Assembly: GCA_010015805.1 (NCBI GenBank)
Contig: ML978127.1
Location: forward strand, 1,116,001 to 1,180,000
Source of the DNA: Rhizodiscina lignyota
Lineage: Eukaryota
Length of the DNA stretch: 64,000 nt
Reading direction: 5' to 3'
Positions 47,601-57,127 of this stretch are shown here, in pieces. The notes beneath the pieces are model-generated. The model searched no databases, was not told the origin of the DNA, and saw nothing but the letters and a program-made list of their open reading frames with translations. The position numbers were made by a program, and so were the translations under genes. Position 1 is the stretch's first letter. Each line of letters begins with the position of its first letter.

Positions 47601-48694
47601 CTTGGAGCGATCCTGAGCGACAGCCCGGGATTTACGGATCAGCTAGTTCGTCGAATGGCCCTTGGAGCAACGACATCAGGATCCCTAGCGATCCAGTGAC
47701 GCCATATTCCACTGATTCAACGCCACCACGATTAACAAGATCAAACACCATGCGTTCCCATCCATATCCGCATAGCTATTCGACCTCGCCGGACCACCAC
47801 GTACTTAAGAGAACGCACACGAACCCATTCTTCAACCTTGCCGCTCTAAACAGGCCTTTTGGCCCCGCAATAACTGGCTCGCCACCGACAGAGAACCGCT
47901 TCCAAGATGACGAGGCTGATATTTCCACTTCAGCCCCTGCAAGCGCCGTTACCTGGGGCGAAACTACATTCTACAGCAGCAGCGGAACAGCGAGTGCGAG
48001 TCCCGATGCCCGCCGCAAGAGCCGCCAGTTGAGCAGATCCGGCTCCGGAGGCGACTCCACTTTCGAGTTGCCAGTCCCGCACGACAGCGATGATGAGAGC
48101 TCCTTCTCTTCTGACGATGACCAGTTTGACGCCAGGAGCTTCGTCTCACGCCCACAGAGCAACATCAGTGCTTCTGCAAGCATCGCCGTAGAAGTCAATG
48201 TCAGAATGACGCTCAAGAACCAGAACATGTTCGATGACGAGGCGCATGCGAGCGTACCGCTGCTAGATCCAGCTGATGCAGCAAAATACGCTGTATATCG
48301 CGCATCGTATGCGGAGCAGCTGAGTGTGTGGGACCTGCCCATTGCGCGGTCCGAGGTGCTCAAATTCAATGGACTAACGAGCTACTGGCCGGAAGAGATA
48401 CCATTCCAGAACAGCCTGGATCAAGTAAAGAGTCCTAGAACCACCACGCAGAGGTTGCTGGATGGCGTGGAGACGGCAGATATGGCGTTCACGAAGAAGG
48501 AGAAGAAGCAGGAGAGCGCTATAGCGCAGTGTATGATATGCTGGCAGGCGGTGGTTGGACTCCACGTTCAGTGTACTATTTGTGGCATCGGTCGAGCGCA
48601 TAAGGAGTGTGCGGAAGAGTGGGATGAGGAGTTGGGTGATGAGAGCTGGTGTAATGCACATGAGGAACAAGGGGAAGAAGGCCTTGCGCAGTAA
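44651..48694 (+). CDS. MTC5: SEACAT/GATOR2 subunit Mtc5/Sea3 (WDR59): WD40 + RWD + C-terminal zinc finger
   Basis: 1347-aa single ORF. WEVADVQWSP, STSNQKALVWNL, AGATQVKWNR, PVWRARHTPFG, RWD motif FPTSYP, ADTQMLGMMSCIF, C-terminal CxxC cluster. Confidence 0.92.
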   Translation: MDGHGSPRDSGPSSALQSPTFDRDVEIRVNETVGSASISPSGRDVVLASREGLHIIDLDAPFSPPRYVAHRSQWEVADVQWSPFSSRDSWIVSTSNQKALVWNLNLSSPQAPIEHTLHAHSNAITDINFSAHHADILATCAVDSYVHCWDLRRPAKPVISFAEWEAGATQVKWNRQDSHIIATSHQRKFMIWDDRKGAHPVRKIEAHSTQIYGIDWNRLRPEALLTCSLDRTIKFWDYTKQDDIPERVIKTPYPVWRARHTPFGWGILAMPKRHDFNLYMYDRRLDGINGSQACIPPVCRFGGHEDQAKEFLWRSRGGVLDGTDNRDFQLVSWGMDRCLRLHRVDPHHVEAVGHYKGREVHKKLNLTRAGAVYRTFRDEQPRSESLKMPAELKPPRPPGLLGLTLIQSGMGKSAGLNNLAANAPAGMQARRRAKKAENTIDWMGGVKMGKAAVSGLPRNSIRPTDHQVVWDTPDSLSDEITYVGKKYKKVNFEHADVNRRTAKITLNGPWGSEDKSAFIRVTLKFPTSYPTNAIPQCLFEKTTSAISDETLAKLRHGVRSISDYYGLRRCGSLEAIVTYLLGERGLEDSLASFPGANGLAADESSSDDDDDDDAIGGAEDLEMSGTDLGSGLTNNANVPLPKACGAMFAEDGRLVCFFPPKPEPKPLFNLEALRGGDKISKGTRLFEEFGRYRTESPEPKESSEEDADDEDESSEGSVTSSSASSTSSIASEDIISALPSRFMPPAAWRASTIRFQKSSQHSSAGYSKKSNLPKPKSYISIVDTRDLLPAKKCLAEEYEVFGEGPSVCAHNGAVAKRHGLDDLAQVWELMRLILFNQVPLEILPQNYRTDPILVVARRAIARMKKKDSAIDLGADGDGTALTGRIKWGNHPLAGKWLIPRLFDHFEMLADTQMLGMMSCIFSEPAASQPVANALMRLKQQELPMSMKSPAFSLDYHASDEVAWSLFNRRAAPVTIIRSGVPTLSWSDPERQPGIYGSASSSNGPWSNDIRIPSDPVTPYSTDSTPPRLTRSNTMRSHPYPHSYSTSPDHHVLKRTHTNPFFNLAALNRPFGPAITGSPPTENRFQDDEADISTSAPASAVTWGETTFYSSSGTASASPDARRKSRQLSRSGSGGDSTFELPVPHDSDDESSFSSDDDQFDARSFVSRPQSNISASASIAVEVNVRMTLKNQNMFDDEAHASVPLLDPADAAKYAVYRASYAEQLSVWDLPIARSEVLKFNGLTSYWPEEIPFQNSLDQVKSPRTTTQRLLDGVETADMAFTKKEKKQESAIAQCMICWQAVVGLHVQCTICGIGRAHKECAEEWDEELGDESWCNAHEEQGEEGLAQ

Positions 48695-49171
48695 TGAATG
48701 TAATTTTAATGTCGGAAATATCGTCGATCTATAGCCCCGCAAGATGCCATGGGTCTATCGAAATTGCATGGGCGTAGATGTACAACAGCTTAGTTGACTG
48801 CCCACGAAGGCCACTTCGCTCCGCTTCATTCACTGTGAATGTAAGCGCCTTCAGGCATGATGCGTGATGAGTGACGTGGCTTGACTAGATATATAATAAG
48901 TATGCAGGGCCAGCTTTCAACTCTGCAAACTACTTTGAAAGGATTCACCAATTTTTCTGTTGGAAAACTTTCTGGCAATAGGAACTTGATAAGTGAGGTT
49001 AAGCACGGCGAATTATGATTGGACAGCCGCAGCATCGCCACAGACCGGAACAACGTTTCTGCGCATGTCTTGGCACACACAAATCCAATGGCGAGAACTA
49101 AGACTACATCCGGGTGGAAGCCGCACTCATTCAACCCATCAAACAGCAAGGCTCCGTTGCCAAATCTCACA

Positions 49172-49905
49172 ATGCGGACCTACGAAGATACATTCAGCGG
49201 CCAGAAGATTTACCCTGGCAAGGTGCGTGAATCCACCCCGCGGAGCTCGTGATTCGAGTCTGGTTGAACCCAACGGCCGACGCGCACCTCCAAGGGCGAG
49301 ATATGCAACGGGTTGAACAACAAGCTGACTTGGTGTCACTCAGGGTAAACTCTATGTCCGTGGCGACAGCAAGATCTTCCGATTCCAGAATGGCAAGACC
49401 GAGAGTCTGTTCCTTCAGCGCAAGAACCCCCGCAGAATAGCATGGACGACCCTCTACCGCAGACAACACAAGAAGGGTATCTCGGAGGTTAGTGCGATAC
49501 TACACACTCCACTCCGATGTCTCAACAGCAGTCGTGTATAATCGAGGCTCGAGCGGCGGTTCCACTATGACAATATTTGGATAGCATCAAGGCTGACTAT
49601 ATCTTCGCCACATACAGGAAGTTGCCAAGAAGCGCACCCGCCGCACCGTCAAGCACCAGCGTGCCATCGTCGGTGCCTCCCTCGACGTGATCAAGGAGCG
49701 ACGAACCATGCGCCCTGAGGCCCGCGCCGCGGCCCGCCAGGCAGCGATCAAGGAGAGCAAGGACAAGAAGGCGGAAGTGGAGAGCAAGAAGAAGCTCGAG
49801 AAGGCGAAGGGCGCAGCTGGTGGAGCAAGGGGCCAGACACAGAGGATCGTGGGCAAGCAGGGCGCGAAGGGCTCGGCGCCCAAGGTCCAGGCGAAGACTC
49901 GTTAA
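49172..49905 (+). CDS. RPL24: 60S ribosomal protein L24 (eL24)
   Basis: Exons 49172-49222, 49344-49487, 49618-49905. [30 protein letters not shown]. Confidence 0.97.
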
Positions 49906-50748
49906 AGTGGACACGTTCATACACGATGAGGACAAATTCGGGCGAATGTGCTTTTTCTATGGGATGCATAAGGAGCTAGCTTGTAGCACTGCTCTGAGGA
50001 AGTAAATTCACTTGCTTTCTACCTTATGGGACCCGTTTTCCAATTATTTGGGGCTGCGTGAACCGCGTGTAAGCACTGTAGGTTGTGCTTCTGCGGAATC
50101 TTTCGCGCTGCACCTAAAGCCCGCTTCTGTTCGTCCAGGTGCTTTGATATTACTGCTAACGACAATACCATCTAATGGTTGGTGGAAGTTGACGCCCTCT
50201 CAAAAACCCAACAACTGCATTAGAAAGCTGGAAAACACTGGGGTTGACGACTCATCCAAGCATCTGGACATCCCAGTCGATCCAAACTCTGATTTCCATG
50301 TCGGCGCTATACCTCGCAATCCGGATCGCATTTATTGCCAGCAATCTGTCTCTTCATAACGGTTGGCTTGAATGAGAACGGTGAAGGCTATTCAATAATG
50401 ACTTCAAGACAAGAGCAGGGGATCGCACGAAAATTCGAATGCAGCTTCTCGTTCCCATCGTGGTTTGTACCGAGACTGGACGACAGAGCCAGATCTCGTA
50501 TGGTTGGAATTTCAGATTATGGACATTGAGATCATACACGACTCTCTGGTCTTTCGGAATTCTTCAATCAAATTTGCTTGGCCTGCCGACGACGGTTTGC
50601 GACTTGCTGTGTATGCTGAACGACTGACGTCGCCAGTTTAGTTTGGCTAGAATGGGGTTACCGCTTGTCTTTGAGCCCTGCGAAGCGCATGCGGAACACC
50701 AAAGAGCACTCTTCAGTTCTCGTTGCGTCTCCTAAGGTCTTACAGCTC

Positions 50749-51577
50749 TCATCGCTTCGTTCCTTTCGCCAGAAAACAAATTCTTGATTTCTCAACGCCT
50801 CCGTGCTCCATGACTATCTTTTCCTCGAACACCTTGAGGCGGAAATCAGTAAATCCAGCTTCTTCGTAGACCTCTTTCATCTGCTCCTCCGTGAAACCGG
50901 CCGTGGCAACAGCTTTTCTCGAGTCTTCGGGCCAATCGTCGAAGGCCTTCTTGCCTTCGGTTTCGCCGATTAAGAAGTCCAAGATAAGCAGAACTCCACC
51001 AGTTTTCAGGCGATCAGCTATTCGCTTGAGCATCAGAACACGCTCCTGCATGTGATGAAAACCAAGCCCGATGGCCGCGATATCGAAGTCGTAGAACTCT
51101 GGTCCAGAGATTGATTTGTTGGGAGGTTCGGAAAGTAGGTTTCCAACGACGGCGTGAATTTGTGCAGGCGGAAGGCTAGCTTTGGATGCAAGACTATTGA
51201 ATGTCTCAACCATCTTCTCAGAAATATCGATGCCGCGGGTAGTTGTGACGTATGGACCAAGAGCCTACAGATTGTTCGCATCAGCACATCATCGTGGCGA
51301 TAGCATCCTTCACATACTCTTGAAACCATACCTGTTCCGCAGGCATAATCTAAGAAACGAACTTCTTTTGCTTTCGGGTCGTTGGTGGTGAAGAAGTCTG
51401 CCCCAACCCAATCTACGCTCTTCCGGAGCTCGTCGGTTAGGTATGCGGACATCTTCTTCTGCCACGGCTTAGCATTGTAGCTATTTGCCATCTTGCTGTC
51501 TCGTTTTAGCTACCATGCCAAGCAAGACGAAAAGAGCCATACTCAAAGTATTCGCGATTGAGTTGCTCGAAAGACAT
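50749..51577 (-). CDS. Class I SAM-dependent methyltransferase
   Basis: Exons 51577-51543, 51495-51318, 51264-50749. Motif I FLDYACGTG, GIDISEKM, FDIAAIGLGFHH, LKTGGVLLILDF. Confidence 0.9.
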
Positions 51578-51997
51578 GGTCGCAGATCCTGAGGGAAGGC
51601 GTGCGTATGGTCGATTTGTATCTCAATTCCGAAGCTTGATATCTCAGTTGAAGCCGTGTTGGAAAGAATTGGCACTATATATGTGTTTGTGAAGCCGGCC
51701 AGGCTCGAGGTAGGAAGCGGCGAGTTAACACTTCAAGTCTCCGCCATTGACCAATCGGCGACTTTTGTCGGCCTGAATATACTGCATCTGGAAGCCTCGT
51801 ATGAACTCCAGCGGACAAACTAAGGCGCATAGTTATTGGTATATGTCCGAGTGGAATTGTTAAGAAAGAGTCGCGAGTTATACTGGTAGTATATCGGCGT
51901 GCCGCATGTCGTTTATCAGACTCAATTCGTGCTTCTTTCACAGTCGAGACGTATGCGTCAAGGACAGTGCGATATACCTGTGGATTCACCTGGAATT

Positions 51998-52996
51998 CTA
52001 CTGGGTTTGGTTTAATGTCGTGAGATCGTAAACCTGAGAGGTGTCGAGAATCAGTGGTTCCGGAGGCGCAGCGGGTGGATTCTGGGTCGAACGAAGACTT
52101 TGCTGTTTCATCAACCCCTCTCTTCTCTTCCTCTCGCGTCTCACGGCCGCATCCTCCCATAATGAATCGGACGTTGAAGCCACGCGTTGTATTCGATGAT
52201 ATCCACTGAGTAGAAGGTGCTGAAAGCGCCCGATGCGTTCCTGGTTGGCCGAAAATCGTTCATTGATGACAGAAAGAATGCCACGAAAATAATTCTCGTC
52301 TACGATACTCCTAATGATGCCGTTTCCATCCTCGTAACCCACGATGGAGTCCAAAGACATTCCGGAGGAGCGAACAGCTACCATGAGAGGGATGGTCACA
52401 CTCATAATACCGCTTTCGCGAAATCCAGCTTGGAGTGCCGAAGAAACGACCCTTTGCGCATCGTCTAGACTGCATGTCATTATGTGGAGAATCTATGTAG
52501 CATCTCGTTAGTCCCATAGACCACTAAAGCAAGGAGTGCATACCATCGGTTCAAACTTGAAGTGTACAAGTCTATACGATGCCAAATCCAAGGGCTCTGA
52601 CTCTCCCGTCTCCTCCTGTATGCCAAAGAGTGACAGGTAAGATACACGATCTCCGTCTTTGTTGCTGGTATCGAATGGTTCGTGAGATACAAAAAGCCAT
52701 TGACCACCACCCTTGCCGCCTGCACCAGCAATGGCGGGTTGGCTTTTATCTTCATCGTGAGAGCGACCAGACACGGGTTTCAACCCTTTCTTCCTGCCTT
52801 CTAGGAAGACACTGACGCGCCCGGCGCAGCTACTGGTTGTGACAAGGCCATCAATGGCGTTGATCGCGTCGACAAGGTCGCGTATACCATCATCCAAGGA
52901 ACCCTTCGGCGAGGCATCGCTATAATTCTCAGCTGGAGTATTCAACTGCTGCAGGATTCGGTCCTTTTCTCCCTTGAATATTATATCGGAACCCAT
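51998..52996 (-). CDS. TYW3: tRNA-wybutosine synthesizing protein 3
   Basis: Exons 52996-52544 and 52492-51998. DASPKGSLD, TTSSCAGR, WLFVSH, FKFEPMILH, AGFRESG, MVAVRS. Confidence 0.93.
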
Positions 52997-53201
52997 GATA
53001 TCGGAGTGTCGGATGCGCGGAGGTTTTCTCCTGGCAACATATTTTAGTTAGCCTCGAATCTAGGTGTGGTGTGAACAACGTCGACGCGTCCGAGCGCGCC
53101 TCTCGCGACGTCATTTAAAGAGCATTCCACGGTAATAAATCCTGCGATACCCTAATTCAATCAGTGCAACGAATACGTATTACTCAAGCCGACACGAGAC
53201 A

Positions 53202-56200
53202 ATGGCCAGAAGATCACAGCGTCAGTCAACCACGTCCACTCCTCGAAGCTCCTCCAAAAGGGCCCGCACCGAAGAGCAGACTCTATCCGCAGGCGCAAAA
53301 CGACCAAAGCGGCATTCCTCTACTACCAATCTCAAATCTACTCCGACTAAAAGCAAATACTTCGAGCCGGACAGTGAGGAGGACGATGGCGAGGAGGCTG
53401 AGAGCTCTGTGGAGCAGGAAGAGTCAGGTAATGAGGATGAAGAGGCCAATGATGCAGTATCCGCGAGGAGCTCAGAGGAAGAGTTAGAGTCCGAGGTTTC
53501 AGATGAGGGTGAGAAACCAAAGAAGAGAGGGAAGCCACAAGTGAGCAAGGGCAAATCGGTGAAAGCCAGCAAGACCGCCTCGGGCAAGAAAGAGCTGTGG
53601 ATGCCAGGCGTAAAGGCAGGGTTGGGCCCTGGCACGCAAGTTGTGATAAAGAAGCCGAAAGCCAGAGCAGCTGGAGATACGCCGTATAGCGATGAGACGA
53701 TTCATCCGAATACGATGTTGTTCTTGAAGGACCTAATGGCAAACAATAATCGACAGTGGATGAAAAGTGCGTTTATGCTCCTGTCTACTACTTCAAATCA
53801 TGCCTAGCTTGCGCAAATACTGCGTGAAGCAGTGGAGACGATGGACCGTTGTTCTAAAGGACACTTGCAGTGCATGACCCCGATTATCGAGCATCGTTGA
53901 GCGATTGGAATACATATGTCGAGTGCCTCACTCAGCGGATCATCGAGGCCGACGAGACGGTACCAGAACTGCCAGTAAAAGACATCGTAGGTCTCATTCA
54001 AAGTCTCAGACGACTTGGATTGCTCACAGTGACAGGTATTTCGGATCTATCGAGACGTAAGATTTAGTAAAGATCAGACGCCTTATAAAACTGCCTTTTC
54101 GGGAGCTTGGTGAGGCACTATCTGCCCATTAAGCAAAATATCTACTGATGCGAAGAGCAGGTCGAGAACAGGACGCAAAGGTCCTTACGCTGCCTACTAC
54201 GTGCAGTGTAAACCAGACGGCGGTAGTCTCATAGGTAAGCCTTTCTCTCCGTCGCTACTTCTCCCAGTTCCATTGCCCGATCTCCTATTATTATCTAGTC
54301 CTTTAAATCTCCTCCGGCTCTGGATCCTGGACGTACGAGTTCCACTCCGGCCTCCTGTCGCTTGTCTTAGCCCAACCATGGCCACACGGCTCTTCGCCTT
54401 GGTTCTTGCTTGCCAGGTTCTCACTTCGCGCTATTTCCCTGCCGCTGCTCTCCTATTTTCACAGCCATCACCGCCGATCTCAATCAACCCGTCAATGGCA
54501 GAATTCCCGTGTGCGACCATGTTCCACCACGTTGCCCAGACATGAGGTTCCACGACAGGTCGTACCCTGCGTTTTCTGCAGAGCGAGAATACATAGAGGA
54601 GCGTTGGGTATTCCGAAACAAGCGAATTGAGATTTAAGGAGGCATCTAGGCGCGTGTAAAGGCCAGTGTGCTAGATGATGGCGAAACGTCAGCAGATTAC
54701 AACAAAGAAGTCGCGTTATGGAGTCCATGGCCAGGGAGCAATCGAGACACTTACTAAGGAAGCGCATTCGAAACATTCGCGGACGACTATTCAAGTGATC
54801 TTCGGATTATCTGAGGGCGGAACTGTCGGCATTGTCGCAATCCGGAGGTCGATTTGGGCGTAGCCAAAGTTGCAGCTAGATGAAAGCGGTGATGGCGTTC
54901 GGCGCTTCTACGGTCGCAAAATGGGCCCTCTATTCGAGTCAGCGGTATCGCGAATCCATCTGATGGTATCGATAAACACAGAGAAGCGCTTCGGCATAGA
55001 CTGATGATGCGTTTGCATCAAACTCCGGAACCAATTACGCTGTCTTTGTGTCGACTGACGACCAGTCGGCTGTCGCAGGCCTGTGGAATCGACGCCCTCC
55101 ACGTTTTCCACAAGCGCGAAGCTAAAGAGATCAATCTCTGGTGTTTCTGCCGTCGAGAATACCAGTGTTGATACATTGCAGACTCGGCACTGTAGACGTT
55201 GCGCGTTGCTGGTCGCGTTTAGCTGGAAAACCAGTCGCGTCGACAATGGGGCCCGAGGTTTCAACAACTCCTCCGGCAGCACCGGACCCTTAGGACGTGT
55301 CTACATGCCTTCCTTGATGTTTCATGCGTCCTCTTTCATTGATTGGCATTATTAACATGGACTTGACTGGTTTTCGAGCCTCTGAAGGGTGTGTGCTAAT
55401 AGATATGCACTAGCCGGCGGTCTCTGGATGCCTGAAGCAGCAGCTCTGGCAGCACTTCGAAATGATATCGATCGGCGATCTCATAGACTGAAAGCCGTCC
55501 TTTCAGATGCTCGATTGAGGAAGGAGTTCTTGAATGGTGTTGGGACGAACGAGAAGAAGGTTGTTGGTGCGTTCTGCGAGCAGAACAGCGACAGCGCCTT
55601 GAAGACGAAGCCTAAGGTGAGTGCGAACAGTCATTGCATTCCATGATAAGTGTCAAGTGCTGTGATGGATGCTGCAAGGCATCAGCCCAAAGTGATGATC
55701 TCCCTACCTATGTTGACGCTGTCGCCGCTGAGCTGGCGACTATACTGGATTCGTGCCTCCTATTTTGTGGCTCGCTGGCCGATTCACTGGCGGACACAAT
55801 GTAAATTGATGACCATTTCAGCCGTTGGTGGATATATTTGATTTGTATGAAGGTATTGATGAAGGTAAGATGCTCTGGGGCGAAGGGAACCGAAAGTGAC
55901 GGGCGCCGTCCCGTCTCGTTTCCTGGTCGCACCTTCCCTAGAGGCTCCAGTGGGAGCCAACAAACGGGCAGAAACGGGCAGAACCGCGACTTCCTTGACT
56001 ACGGCAACCAAAAACCCTATCTCGACTTCATGTCTTCAATGCCCCAGCCTACGTACCGGGCAATCCGCAGCCAAGGAACAGAAATATGAGTTTCTAGGAG
56101 AGTTTACACCCTGGATACTTGACAAACGGAGACCGCAACAACAGCCAGCACCTTCCTGCACATCACAGCAAGTCAAAGACAGGGACCTCCTCCACCTTGC

Positions 56201-57127
56201 CGGCCAATGCCATGGATGGAAATTAAAACTCAGAGATCGATATGTGTTACCATCAAAAGAATTCGTCTCCAGCCGTATCATTTGGGGATAAATTCTGGGA
56301 TCTCCTAATCATCCAAGTAGTAGGAAGCCTGCTACATCATGCTAACAAGCAGTATGATGATCATGATGAGAGGATGAAAAGGCCATCTTGAAGAGAATAG
56401 TTGCGACTTTTGACTTTTGACTTGACCTAGACTAGAGAATCATGACACTGACTCAAACACGGTTGCAGGGTTACGATCCCGAACACAAGGACATCGAACT
56501 ACTTCGGCTTAGGAGCTTCACGATTCATAAGAAGCTCTCGGACGACGAGGTTCTCGACACGAATTCTCTAGCGAGAGTTTCGGAGCTTATCTCCTGCCTA
56601 GTCCCGTTTGTAAGTCAACCTCTTCTCCTTGATTTCCGCCGCAATGCATTTTCTGGGACCCAAAGGACGCCAGAAACGCTAGCATAGAAATCTATGCACG
56701 CCGGATCATCATCCAGGATCCCCGGGGCGGTAGCGACTTTTATGAGCGAAAGTTACATGTCGTTTTCTAGCCTCTTCCAATTTCTCCTGCGTTGGTGTGC
56801 TGGCACTGCACCTGCATGTCCGTAGCTGCCAGCCCTGTCAGGACTGACTAAGTAAGGACTGGACTTCATCGCCTGCGGCTGGTGTCGGGCGGGGAAGGGC
56901 CCATCCGCATGCCAATTGCCAGCTCATCGCTTGAATTGGACTCGGGCAGCAAAACTAACGCATAGCACCCAACTCAAGATGCTATCATATTTCTGCTATG
57001 CCTCTGATAGGTTTGCTGACCTTGAATCTGCCAGATCACATATTTGAACAGCGTCGTAATGCCCGACCAAGCTGAAGAACCCGGTAGCGACGATGAAAAC
57101 GGTGAAGACGAGGAAGACGAGGAATGA
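53202..57127 (+). CDS. DUF2461 (TIGR02453-like) protein with charged low-complexity N-terminus
   Basis: Exons 53202-53766, 53871-53986, 54036-54109, 54161-54234, 55414-55616, 56469-56609, 57035-57127 join in frame: FLKDLMANNNRQWMK, FRIYRDVRFSKDQTPYK, AAYYVQ, GGLWMPEA, LKTKPKGY, IELLRLRSF, FITYLNSV. Confidence 0.88.

Noticed and set aside
55241..55256. ACAATGGGGC resembling the RNase MRP CR-V element
   Set aside because: No upstream GARAGUCCCC-type CR-I partner found and the element order does not fit. A cmscan would settle it.
55692..56451. Box C-like RTGATGA motifs (55692, 56354) and CTGA motifs suggesting C/D snoRNAs
   Set aside because: The first pair is only about 40 nt apart; the second CTGA coincides with the intron branch point; no rRNA guide was recognised.
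54235..57034. Telomerase RNA, TPP riboswitch, snRNA or group I intron inside the long introns
   Set aside because: No TAACCCTAA template, TPP core, or snRNA or group I signature was seen by eye.
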